Shown here: in pieces, positions 9,672 through 18,443 of the stretch
Numbering within the stretch: position 1 is the stretch's first letter
How the letters are laid out: each line of letters opens with the position of its first letter
Assembly: GCA_027593235.1 (NCBI GenBank)
Contig: JAQCIU010000026.1
Coordinates: 1 to 44,756 of the forward strand
DNA length: 44,756 nt
Direction: 5' to 3'
Origin: Chloroflexota bacterium
Lineage (GTDB): Bacteria > Chloroflexota > Dehalococcoidia > UBA2979
The notes under the pieces: generated by a model
Told to the model about the DNA's origin: nothing
Seen by the model: the letters and a program-made list of their open reading frames with translations, nothing else
The model's database searches: none
Position numbers and translations under genes: made by a program

Positions 9672-10511
9672 ATGGATCGCTCGGCGCTGGTCAGTACCGA
9701 ATGGCTTCAGGCGCACCTCGATGACCCGACCGTTCGCGTGATCGAGGTGGTCGCATGGCCCGAGAGTCACGACTACGAGGATGGGCATATCCCCGGCGCG
9801 CTCCGCTGGTTCTGGAAGGCCGCGCTCTGGCACGACACCGACCGGGAATTCCCCACGCCCGAGGAGATGGCTGATCGTCTTGGGCGCGCCGGTATCCGTG
9901 ACACCGATACGATCGTGCTCTACGGCGACCTGATCCAGTTCGCCACCTACGCCTTCTGGGTGCTGACGATGACCGGCCATCCGGACGTGCGCCTGCTCGA
10001 AGGTTCGCGGCGGAAATGGGTTGCCGAAGTACGGGCGCTCGACGTTGACGTGCCGTCGGTCGCGCCCGTGACGTACCGGGCTCAAGCCGAGGATCAGTCC
10101 AGCCGTGTTGGACGCGATGACGTCCGGGAGCACCTCGGAAACCCGGGACGCGTCCTCCTCGATGTTCGTTCACCGGAGGAGTACGCGGGCGAGCGGGTCG
10201 GCATGTCGGCCACCGGCGACCACGGCGCAGAGCGCTACGGTCGCATCCCCGGGGCGGTGCACCTGTTCTTCCGGGAACTCCTGACCGACGACGACCAGTT
10301 CAAGTCGGAGGGCGAACTTCGATCGATTCTCGCGTCGCGCGGGGTCGTCGCGGACTCCGAGCGGGAGACCGTCGTCTACTGCCGGCTGAGCCATCGCGCG
10401 ACGCTGGCGTGGTTTGTGATGCGATACGTCCTCGGGCTCGACGATGTCCGGGTGTACGACGGGTCATGGACTGAGTGGGGCAGCATCGTCGGGTTTCCGA
10501 TCGAACGCTGA
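9672..10511 (+). CDS. Tandem-rhodanese sulfurtransferase (TST/SseA-like)
   Basis: GHIPGA, catalytic YCRLSHRA, VYDGSWTEW. Confidence 0.92.
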   Translation: MDRSALVSTEWLQAHLDDPTVRVIEVVAWPESHDYEDGHIPGALRWFWKAALWHDTDREFPTPEEMADRLGRAGIRDTDTIVLYGDLIQFATYAFWVLTMTGHPDVRLLEGSRRKWVAEVRALDVDVPSVAPVTYRAQAEDQSSRVGRDDVREHLGNPGRVLLDVRSPEEYAGERVGMSATGDHGAERYGRIPGAVHLFFRELLTDDDQFKSEGELRSILASRGVVADSERETVVYCRLSHRATLAWFVMRYVLGLDDVRVYDGSWTEWGSIVGFPIER

Positions 10512-10530
10512 CGATGAGGCGCTCGAGGGC

Positions 10531-10779
10531 CTAGGTTCCCAGCGCAGCCTTCACCTCGGGACGATCCTTCCACGCCGGCATCGTCGCCATGAACTCGATC
10601 GTCTTGCGCCGCGCGATCGCGGGATCGAGGTCGGGCTCCTCGCGGAGCGTCCAGCTCATGAACCGCTCGAGGCGCTCCTCGAACGGCTGCAGCGTGCCGC
10701 GTTCGTCGCTGCAGTGCTCGCAGTAGGTGCCGCTGTCGATCGTCATGCTGCAGCTCTCACAGGCCTTCTGGTCAGTCAT
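10531..10779 (-). CDS. Small zinc-ribbon domain protein
   Basis: CESCSM...YCEHC and C-terminal MPAW. Confidence 0.75.
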   Translation of the reverse strand: MTDQKACESCSMTIDSGTYCEHCSDERGTLQPFEERLERFMSWTLREEPDLDPAIARRKTIEFMATMPAWKDRPEVKAALGT

Positions 10780-11227
10780 CGTCTTCCCATCCCTGTTCGC
10801 TCGGTTTCGTATCGATCAGCGCGCGCATCCCATCGAGGAGCTGCGCGCGGCTGGTGACAGGCATCTGCGCGAACGCCTCGGCGATCGTTCGCTCGGAGAG
10901 CGCGTTCCCGGCCTTGCGCACGACCTCGACGCCGTTCGAGGACAGCCAGACCAGCGTCCGCCGTCGGTCGCGGTGATCGGGTACGCGCTCGATCAGCTCG
11001 CGTTGTTCGAGGCGGCTCACGATCTCGCTCGTCGCCGCCTGCGAGCGACCGAAGTGGTCGGCCGCCTCGCCAATCGTCAGCGGCCCCACGGCCGCGAGGT
11101 GACGCAGGATCGCCAGCGACTCGAGCGAGGGGCGGTATGCGGTCGGGCGGACGCGGCGGTAGAACCGCTCATGCACCGCGGAGTAAAGCCCCAGGAACTG
11201 TTCGGCGTCGTCTCGCGTCTCGCTCAT
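10772..11227 (-). CDS. MarR-family transcriptional regulator
   Basis: wHTH pattern SQAATSEIVSRLE...DRRRTLVWLS; start uncertain (11227 or 11236). Confidence 0.85.
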   Translation of the reverse strand: MSETRDDAEQFLGLYSAVHERFYRRVRPTAYRPSLESLAILRHLAAVGPLTIGEAADHFGRSQAATSEIVSRLEQRELIERVPDHRDRRRTLVWLSSNGVEVVRKAGNALSERTIAEAFAQMPVTSRAQLLDGMRALIDTKPSEQGWEDDD

Positions 11228-11358
11228 CACTCCCATCCTCACCCCGGGCGATGCATCGTCAATCCCGATGGATTCCCCGTCGGGTCACGCGGCATCCCGC
11301 CTGTGGAGATCCTCCGCTAGAGTCCGCAGACAACCGCTGCGACGAGGGGAGACAGAGC

Positions 11359-12102
11359 GTGCAAGATCTGACCGGGCAGGTCGCCTGGATCACCGGTGCC
11401 GGAACCGGCATCGGCGAAGCCGGTGCCATCAAGCTCGCCGAGGCCGGCTGCAAGGTGGTGATCTCCGGTCGCCGCGCCGAACCCCTCGAGGCCGTGCGCG
11501 CCACCATCGCGGCCGCCGGCGGCGAAGTGATGGTTGAGCCGCTCGATGTCTCGAACAACGCGGACGTGCTCGCGGTCGTCGCCCGGATCAAAGAGCGCTT
11601 CGGCCGGATCGACATCGGTGTGTTCAGCGCCGGCATCAACATCAAGGATCGCAACTGGCCGGTGGTCACGCCGGAGCTGTGGGACCAGGTAATCGGCATC
11701 GACCTCAGTGGCGCCTTCTACTGCTGCAGCGCGGTCCTGCCGCTGATGCGCGAGCAGGGCGGTGGCCTCGTGATCAACGTGTCGTCGATGGCGGCGAAGG
11801 GCGTCAGCCCGCTGACCGGGCCGGCCTACACCTCGGCGAAGCACGCGATGAACGCGATGACCGCCAGCCTCCTCGTCGAGGAACGCAACAACGGCATCCG
11901 CGCCACGGCGATCTGCCCCGGCGAGGTGGCCACGCCAATCCTCGACAACCGTCCCGTCCCCGTCAGCGCCGAGGATCAGGCGCGCATCCTCCAGTCGGAG
12001 GACCTCGGCGAGCTGATTCTCTTCGTCGCGCAGCAGCCGCCGCACGTCACCCTCAACGAGGTGCTCATCACCCCGACCTACAACCGCTTCGCCGCTCGCT
12101 AG
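11359..12102 (+). CDS. SDR family oxidoreductase
   Basis: TGAGTGIG, NVSS, YTSAK catalytic motif; GTG start after GAGGGGAG. Confidence 0.9.
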   Translation: MQDLTGQVAWITGAGTGIGEAGAIKLAEAGCKVVISGRRAEPLEAVRATIAAAGGEVMVEPLDVSNNADVLAVVARIKERFGRIDIGVFSAGINIKDRNWPVVTPELWDQVIGIDLSGAFYCCSAVLPLMREQGGGLVINVSSMAAKGVSPLTGPAYTSAKHAMNAMTASLLVEERNNGIRATAICPGEVATPILDNRPVPVSAEDQARILQSEDLGELILFVAQQPPHVTLNEVLITPTYNRFAAR

Positions 12103-12150
12103 CGCGCCAGCCAACCCGAGCCACCCGACCAGATCTGAGGAGTTCCCCAC

Positions 12151-13215
12151 ATGGCCTTGAGAGTCGTCAACGGCGGGCGTCCGCTCGCCGACACCAGCAT
12201 CTTCACCAACGCCGGCATCGAGCTGGTCGAACAGCAGGTCGGCGCGACCACCTCGAAAGAGGACTACATCGAGCTGCTGCGCGACGCCGACGGCGCGATG
12301 ATCAGCACCCTTCCGCTCACCGATGTCGACGTCCTCGAGGCCTGCTCGAAGCTGAAGGTGGTCAGCCGCGCCGGCGTCGGCGTCGACTCAATCGATCTGC
12401 CCGCCGCGACCCGCCTCGGCATCCTCGCCTGCAACACCCCCGCCGTGAACACCACCGAGGTCGCCGACCACGCGATGGCCCAGCTCCTCGCGCTCACGCG
12501 CATGATCCGCGAGTTCGACACCGCCGTGAAAGCCGGCCGCTGGAGCAGCGACACCGCCGCGGTCCGCGGCATGGCCGTCGGCCTCAAGCGGATCGCCGGA
12601 AGCACGGTCGGGATCATCGGCTTCGGAAACATCGGTCGCGCCTTCGCCACGCGCGTGAAGGGCTTCGGCCCGTTCCGCGTGATCGCCTACGACCCCTACA
12701 TCCAACAGACCTCGGCTGACCTCTTCGGAGTCGAGCTGGTCTCGCTGGAGGAACTGCTCAACGAATCTGACTTCGTCACCGTGCACACCCCATCCACGGC
12801 GGAGACGCACCACATCATCGGGACCGACGCGCTCAAGCGGATGAAGCCCTCGGCGATCCTGATCAACTGTGCCCGCGGCCCGATCGTCGATCCCGATGCC
12901 CTGCACATCGCCCTCACCACCGGCGAGATCGCCGGTGCGGCTCTCGATGTCACCGAGCAGGAGCCAATCTCCGCCGAGGACCCGCTGCTCGGCCTCGACA
13001 ACTTGATCATCACCCCCCACATCGCCGCCGGATCGCCGGTCACCGCCATCGAGGGCGGCAAGCGGCAGGCGGAGAACGTGCTGATGGCGCTGACCGGCAC
13101 CGCCCCGCACGGCCTCGCAAACCCCGAGGTCATCAAAACCATCGCCGTCATGCGTGCGACCAATCCCGGCCGTTGGGAAGGCATCCCAGACTTCTCGACC
13201 GCGCTCATGCTGTAG
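12151..13215 (+). CDS. D-2-hydroxyacid dehydrogenase family protein (CtBP/SerA-like)
   Basis: RAGVGVD, GIIGFGNIG, INCARG, LDVTEQEP, TPHIA. Confidence 0.9.
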   Translation: MALRVVNGGRPLADTSIFTNAGIELVEQQVGATTSKEDYIELLRDADGAMISTLPLTDVDVLEACSKLKVVSRAGVGVDSIDLPAATRLGILACNTPAVNTTEVADHAMAQLLALTRMIREFDTAVKAGRWSSDTAAVRGMAVGLKRIAGSTVGIIGFGNIGRAFATRVKGFGPFRVIAYDPYIQQTSADLFGVELVSLEELLNESDFVTVHTPSTAETHHIIGTDALKRMKPSAILINCARGPIVDPDALHIALTTGEIAGAALDVTEQEPISAEDPLLGLDNLIITPHIAAGSPVTAIEGGKRQAENVLMALTGTAPHGLANPEVIKTIAVMRATNPGRWEGIPDFSTALML

Positions 13216-13310
13216 GCATTGCCGGCCCTCGAACACTGCCCGTCAGGGGCCGAACGGCAGGTCCGGAGCACCGACCACAGGTGTAGTCTGACCGCAACGA
13301 GGAGGCACAA

Positions 13311-14225
13311 ATGAGCGAGCAAGAGCGATTCATTGCTGACCCGGCCTACCGGGCCTTCGTGAGCTACATCGACAAGTCGCGCGAGTTCTACGGCGCGCAG
13401 GGATACGAGCGGCCATACCGCTGGGCGCGGAACGACGAGTCGCCGTTCACCCCGCTCACCAAGCCGCTCTCCGAGAGCCGAATCGGCCTCGTCACCACCG
13501 CCGTCAACCTCGACCTCCCGGACGACACCGATACCGAAAAGCTCCCCATCGCCTCGACGTTCGCGGCGCCCTCCGACCCCCCGCCGGAACGGCTGTTCAC
13601 GCAGAACCGCTCATGGGACAAGGAAGCAACCCACACCAACGACGTGGATTCGTTCTTCCCGATCCACCGCATGCAAGAGCTGGTCACGCAGGGCAAGGTC
13701 GGCAGCCTCTCGCCCCGCTACTACGGCATCCCGACCGAATACAGCCAGCGCCGCACTAACGAGGTGGACGCGCCGCAGCTCCTGGCGCTCATGCGCGAAG
13801 ACGATGTCGACGTGGCCATGCTGGTGCCGCTCTGACCGGTCTGCCACCAGACCGTGAGTCTGGCCGCACGACACCTCGAGGCCAACGGCATCCCGACCGT
13901 GATCTGCGGTTCCGGTCGCGACATCGTCGAGCAAGCCGCGGTCCCGCGCTTCCTCTTCACCGACTTCCCGCTCGGTAACCCGATCGGCAAGCCGTACGAC
14001 GCCGAGATGCAGCGCGCGATCACCTCGATGGGTCTCGACCTGCTCGAGTCGGCGCGCTTCCCGCGCACCACGGTGCAGACGCCGTTCTCCTGGGGTGACG
14101 ACTCCTGGCGCCCCGGCTTCATGCGCGTCGATGAGTCGAATCGCGAACTGCTCCGCCGCGCCGGCGAAATCCGCAAGAAGCAGCAGGCGCGCCGCAAGAC
14201 CGAAGGCCGCGTCCGCCCCGAGTAG
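13311..14225 (+). CDS. Glycine/sarcosine/betaine reductase selenoprotein B (GrdB/PrdB-like) family protein; in-frame UGA at 13833-13835 read as Sec
   Basis: The two track ORFs are in one frame joined by LVPL-TGA-PVCHQTVSLAARHLEANGIPTV, a UxxC motif; a hairpin follows the UGA. Confidence 0.88.
13847..13863 (+). promoter_or_regulatory. Putative bacterial SECIS upper hairpin
   Basis: ccagac-cgtga-gtctgg stem-loop separated from the UGA by an 11-nt spacer. Confidence 0.65.
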
Positions 14226-14232
14226 CCACGCA

Positions 14233-14262
14233 CACCTCGAGGGCCGCCGAGCCCTCGAGGTG
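14233..14262. terminator. Inverted repeat between convergent genes (possible bidirectional terminator)
   Basis: Perfect 12-bp stem cacctcgagggc-cgccga-gccctcgaggtg; no U tract. Confidence 0.5.
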
Positions 14263-14279
14263 CCGCACCGGTCGCGCCG

Positions 14280-15026
14280 CTACGCCGTCCGTCGCTTCAG
14301 CGTGAGCGCGCCAAACACGAGGGCGAGCGCGACGCAGCCCATCCCCACCCCGATGTCGATCCAGAACCGCCCGTCGATGTCGTTCGCCGCCGCCTTCGCC
14401 AGCGCCTCGTAGGCGTACGTCAGCGGAAGGAAGTTCGAGGCGGCCTCCAGCGGTGCGGCCATGTGATCCCGCGGTGCGAACAGGCCCACCACGAAGAATT
14501 GCGGCATCAGCACGGCGGGCATGAACTGCACCGCCTGGAACTCGCTGGTCGCGAAGGCGCTGACCAGCAGCCCCAGCGCCATGCCGAGGATCGCGTTCGC
14601 CACGGCCAGCAGGATGACCAGCCAAACTGGCCCGGCGGTCTCGAGCCCGAGTGCGCCGAATGCGACGAGTGCGGTCACCAGCGCCTGGATGCTCGCCACG
14701 ACGGCGAACGCCAGGCCGTACCCCAGCAACAGGTCCAGCTTCGCCAGCGGCATCGACATCAGACGCTCCAGCGTCCCGTTCGTCCGTTCCCGCAGCATCG
14801 CGATCGAGGTGATGATGAACATCAGGATCAGCGGGAACAGCCCCACCAGCGGCGGCCCGATCCGTTGGAACACTTGTGGCTGCGTGTCGAAGACGTACTT
14901 CAGCAACGCCAGCAGCACGACTGGCACCAGCAGCACCAGCGCCACCGTGCGGCGATCGCGCCGAATCTGCTGCAGCACCCGCCGCGCCGTCGCAAGCACG
15001 ATCGAGGGATGTACGAGCGCGTTCAC
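14280..15026 (-). CDS. ABC-2 type transporter permease
   Basis: LRERTNGTLERL motif, about 6 TM segments, PLTYA. Confidence 0.9.
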   Translation of the reverse strand: MNALVHPSIVLATARRVLQQIRRDRRTVALVLLVPVVLLALLKYVFDTQPQVFQRIGPPLVGLFPLILMFIITSIAMLRERTNGTLERLMSMPLAKLDLLLGYGLAFAVVASIQALVTALVAFGALGLETAGPVWLVILLAVANAILGMALGLLVSAFATSEFQAVQFMPAVLMPQFFVVGLFAPRDHMAAPLEAASNFLPLTYAYEALAKAAANDIDGRFWIDIGVGMGCVALALVFGALTLKRRTA

Positions 15027-15784
15027 GATCCGCCTCCGCTCGCCACGTCCTGATGGCCTGCTGCCAGCGCGAGGAACGCATCTTCGAGGTTGCTCGTCCC
15101 GGTCCGCTCGAGCAGCGCGTTGGGCGGAGCGTTGGCAATCACCTCGCCGCGGCGGAGCAGAACCAGCTCATCGCAATAGCTCGCCTCGTCCATTACGTGA
15201 GTCGACACCACCAGCGTGGTGCCGCCATCCGCCAGTTCGTGGAAGGTGCGCCAGAGATCGCGGCGCAACGTCGGGTCGAGCCCAACCGTCGGCTCATCGA
15301 GGATCAGCAACTCCGGCTGCCCCAGCAGCGCCGCCGCCAGCGACGTCCGCGAACGCTCGCCACCGGACAGCGTGCCAACCACCTGACCTGCCTGCGGCTC
15401 GAGCCCCACGAGGCCGATCACCCGCCCCACGTCGTCGTGCGGCGCACCAAGCACGGAGGCGAAATAGCGCAGGTTCTCCGTGACGGTCAGGTCCGCGTAC
15501 ACGGAGGGTGCCTGCGTTACATAAGCGACACGCCGCCGTAGCTCGGGGTCGCCGGCCGCGATGCCCAGCACGCTGAGGCTGCCGTCCGCCACCTGCTGTA
15601 CGCCCACGATCGCGCGCATCAGCGTCGTCTTCCCGGATCCGCTCGGACCCAGCAAACCGGTCACCGCGCCGCGCCGGATCGAAAGCGACAGGTCGGGAAG
15701 GATCGCCTTGCCACCACGCCGGACATTCAGATGCTCAATCTCGATTGCTGCCAACTCAGGGGGAGTAGCCACCGTTGTCGTCAC
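15023..15784 (-). CDS. ABC transporter ATP-binding protein
   Basis: GPSGSGKTT, LSGGE, LILDEPT, STH; GTG start after AGGAGA. Confidence 0.92.
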   Translation of the reverse strand: MTTTVATPPELAAIEIEHLNVRRGGKAILPDLSLSIRRGAVTGLLGPSGSGKTTLMRAIVGVQQVADGSLSVLGIAAGDPELRRRVAYVTQAPSVYADLTVTENLRYFASVLGAPHDDVGRVIGLVGLEPQAGQVVGTLSGGERSRTSLAAALLGQPELLILDEPTVGLDPTLRRDLWRTFHELADGGTTLVVSTHVMDEASYCDELVLLRRGEVIANAPPNALLERTGTSNLEDAFLALAAGHQDVASGGGS

Positions 15785-15796
15785 TGTGAATCTCCT

Positions 15797-15851
15797 ATCC
15801 GGAATCTCCACCTCCAGTTATACCACTTAAACGGAGGAAAGCATTCCGGTT
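15797..15851. promoter_or_regulatory. Two related 23-bp putative TetR operator sites in the divergent promoter region
   Basis: AACTGGAGGTGGAGATTCCGGAT (minus, 15797-15819) and AAACGGAGGAAAGCATTCCGGTT (plus, 15829-15851). Confidence 0.5.
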
Positions 15852-15869
15852 ACCTGATAGACTCAGCCC

Positions 15870-16541
15870 ATGACTTCGACCCCCGACCCGGATCGCACCC
15901 TTCGCCGCGATGCCGCCCAGAACCAGGCGCGCATTCTCGCGGTCGCGCCACTCGTGTTCGCTGAACAGGGCTGGGGCGCCTCGATGGATGAGGTCGCCCG
16001 TCGCGCTGGCGTCGGTGTCGGCACCGTCTATCGCCGCTTCGCCACCAAGGAAGACCTCGTGGACGCCGTCCTCGCCGAACGCGTCGGGTTGATGGTGCAG
16101 TGGGCCGAGGCCGCCGCTGCGGAAGCCGATCCCTGGACCGGCCTCGTCGGCTTCATCGAGCAGATGATGGACGCGCCCGGCGGCGTGCTCGCGTTCAAGA
16201 GCGTCGTCCAGCTCCGCTGGACACTTGAGGACGCCCAGCGCTTCTTCTCCGGCTTCGCCCCTCTTATCGTCGGCCTGATCGAACGCGGCCAGCGCGATGG
16301 TCGCTTCCGCGCCGACCTCACGCTCTCCGATCTGCCGATGCTGATCCTCGGCCTCGACGCGATCCGCGCCGCGAGCGCGTCCGTCGCGCCCGACCTCTGG
16401 CGGCGGTTCCTCGGCATCTACCTCGATGGCATGCGCCCCGAGGCCGCAACGGACCTCGCCTCGCCCGGCCTCACCCCGCCCCAGATCGTTGCGCTCATGA
16501 GCGGTCAGTCCGAGGCGGCCCAGACGCCCTCGACGGCATAG
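15870..16541 (+). CDS. TetR/AcrR-family transcriptional regulator
   Basis: LRRDA..N..RIL and EVARRAGVGVGTVYRRF HTH. Confidence 0.92.
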   Translation: MTSTPDPDRTLRRDAAQNQARILAVAPLVFAEQGWGASMDEVARRAGVGVGTVYRRFATKEDLVDAVLAERVGLMVQWAEAAAAEADPWTGLVGFIEQMMDAPGGVLAFKSVVQLRWTLEDAQRFFSGFAPLIVGLIERGQRDGRFRADLTLSDLPMLILGLDAIRAASASVAPDLWRRFLGIYLDGMRPEAATDLASPGLTPPQIVALMSGQSEAAQTPSTA

Positions 16542-16894
16542 GCCTCCTCGGCTCCCGGCCACGGCGGCATCGTGATCCCAATCGCGCTGAGTGGCCCCTC
16601 CTCGGAAGCGCGGAACTGGAACCGCGTCCCCACCGGGATCGAAATGCACGTCCCGGCCTCTACCGCCACCGTGCTCTCCTCGCCGCCAAGCGCACGCCAG
16701 ATCTCCCCACGCCCTCCGAGGAAGAACCAGATCTCCTCGACGGTGCGGTGCGCCACCGCTTTCGAGGCGCGCCCGGCCGCCAGCTCGAAGTGCGCCATGC
16801 TGCCGCCCGGTCGCGCGAGCAACACCCGCACGTCCGACCCGTCCGGCGCCACGATCGTCGGCTCCTCCGGCAGCTGCATCGTCTCGAACGTCAT
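16505..16894 (-). CDS. Cupin domain protein
   Basis: APDGSDVR, HRTVEEIW, IPVGTRFQFR. Confidence 0.85.
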   Translation of the reverse strand: MTFETMQLPEEPTIVAPDGSDVRVLLARPGGSMAHFELAAGRASKAVAHRTVEEIWFFLGGRGEIWRALGGEESTVAVEAGTCISIPVGTRFQFRASEEGPLSAIGITMPPWPGAEEAYAVEGVWAASD

Positions 16895-16982
16895 CGGGTG
16901 GACTGTCTCCTCCGCTGCTGGTTCAGGCGACCACCGCTCGTACCGGGTCGAGCGCCTTCCTGTTAGGGATACGGTGAGACAG

Positions 16983-17645
16983 CTAGCGTTTCACTCCGAC
17001 CAGCACGTAGTGGCTGCCGCCGCGCTTGCCATGTGCCTTGACCCGATGCGTTCGAGGCTCGAACCCCGCCTGCTTCAGCTTCCGCTCGAAGCCACGCTGC
17101 TCATCCACCGACCAGACCGCCAGCGCGCCGTTGGGGCGCAGCGCGTTGTGGATCGCTTCGAGGCCGGTCGGGTCATAGAGGCGGACGTTGGCCTTCTGCG
17201 TAGGTGCGCTCGGCCCGTTGTCGACATCGAGGAGAATCGCGTCAAAGCGGTTGGTCGCGTCGCGGATCACCCGGACAACGTCCCGCGGCTCCACCTCCGT
17301 CCGAGGATCGTCGAGCGGGTTCCCCGCGAGCGGGCCAAGCACCCCTCGATTCCATTCGATCACCTCGAGGATCAGCTCGCTCACCACCGCCGCGCCGTCG
17401 GCGGGGAGCGCGTCCAGCACCGCCCGCAGCGTGTAGCCCATCCCGAGGCCACCAACCAGCACGCGCGCACCGCCGCGCGGCTTCGGACAGGCGAGGGCCA
17501 TCATCTGGTCCTCGGACTGGTGCGCCCGGGAGACCATCAGGTCGTAGCCGTCGGCGCGGATCGCGTAGTCGCGGTCATGCCGCCACAGCTCAAGGCTGTA
17601 CCCGTCCGGCGTCGGCGCGGTTCCAAGGTGTTCCCAGGGCTTCAT
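16983..17645 (-). CDS. Spermidine synthase-like SAM-dependent methyltransferase
   Basis: VLVGGLGMGYTL, FDAILLDVDNGP, LAVWS; true start MKPWEH inferred. Confidence 0.85.
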   Translation of the reverse strand: MKPWEHLGTAPTPDGYSLELWRHDRDYAIRADGYDLMVSRAHQSEDQMMALACPKPRGGARVLVGGLGMGYTLRAVLDALPADGAAVVSELILEVIEWNRGVLGPLAGNPLDDPRTEVEPRDVVRVIRDATNRFDAILLDVDNGPSAPTQKANVRLYDPTGLEAIHNALRPNGALAVWSVDEQRGFERKLKQAGFEPRTHRVKAHGKRGGSHYVLVGVKR

Positions 17646-17720
17646 CAACTCCACGATAGGCGGCGCCCGGAGTACCGTCAGGCCCGACCCACCTGCCCTG
17701 CACCCCCACCGAGGTGAACG

Positions 17721-18299
17721 ATGAGCGACCAGCCGATCAGCCGTTTCCCTGTTCCCGAGCTGGCCGATCTTCCGGATGACATTCGCGAGCAAATCCTGCA
17801 GGTGCAGGAGAGCACCGGCTTCGTGCCGAACGTCTTCCTCGTCTTCGCCCATCGCCCGGCCGAGTTCCGCGCCTTCTTCGCCTACTACGACGCTCTGATG
17901 ACGAAGGGCGGGGGCCTCTCCAAGGCCGAGCGCGAGATGATCGTCGTCGCCACCAGCGCCGCGAATCACTGCCTCTACTGCGTCGTCTCCCACGGCGCGC
18001 TCTTGCGGATCTTCTCGAAGGAACCGTTGCTCGCCGATCAGGTCGCCATCAACTACACCAAGGCCCCGATTACCGACCGCCAGCGCGCCATGCTCGACTT
18101 CGCCCTGCTCATGGCGAACGACTCCCACCTCGCGAGCGACGACGATTTCGAGGTGCTGCGCGACCACGGTTTCACCGACGAGGACATCTGGGACATCGGC
18201 GCGATCACCGCGCTCTTCGCGCTGTCGAACCGGATGGCCAATCTCACCTCGATGCAGCCCAACGCCGAGTTCTACTCGATGGGCCGTACGCCGAGGTAA
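17721..18299 (+). CDS. AhpD/CMD-family peroxidase-related enzyme
   Basis: GFVPNVF, EREMI, CLYCVVSHGA, SNRMAN. Confidence 0.9.
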   Translation: MSDQPISRFPVPELADLPDDIREQILQVQESTGFVPNVFLVFAHRPAEFRAFFAYYDALMTKGGGLSKAEREMIVVATSAANHCLYCVVSHGALLRIFSKEPLLADQVAINYTKAPITDRQRAMLDFALLMANDSHLASDDDFEVLRDHGFTDEDIWDIGAITALFALSNRMANLTSMQPNAEFYSMGRTPR

Positions 18300-18443
18300 C
18301 CGTCTGCTGGTCGGGGAAATCCCCCGCTCACGTTGGCTGATTCCGATGCTCGCGTCCTCGCCGACAGCTAGCCGTCAGTGTGGAGAGCAGCGCGTCAGCC
18401 GATGATCAGGAGTTGCCGCTGAACAAGGCGGGAACGAGCGCGG

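Noticed and set aside
18300-18443. Possible c-di-GMP riboswitch upstream of the GGDEF-EAL gene (GGGG-AAAT-CCCC hairpin)
   Set aside because: Only a short inverted repeat; I could not match a riboswitch consensus by eye, and an Rfam cmscan would be needed
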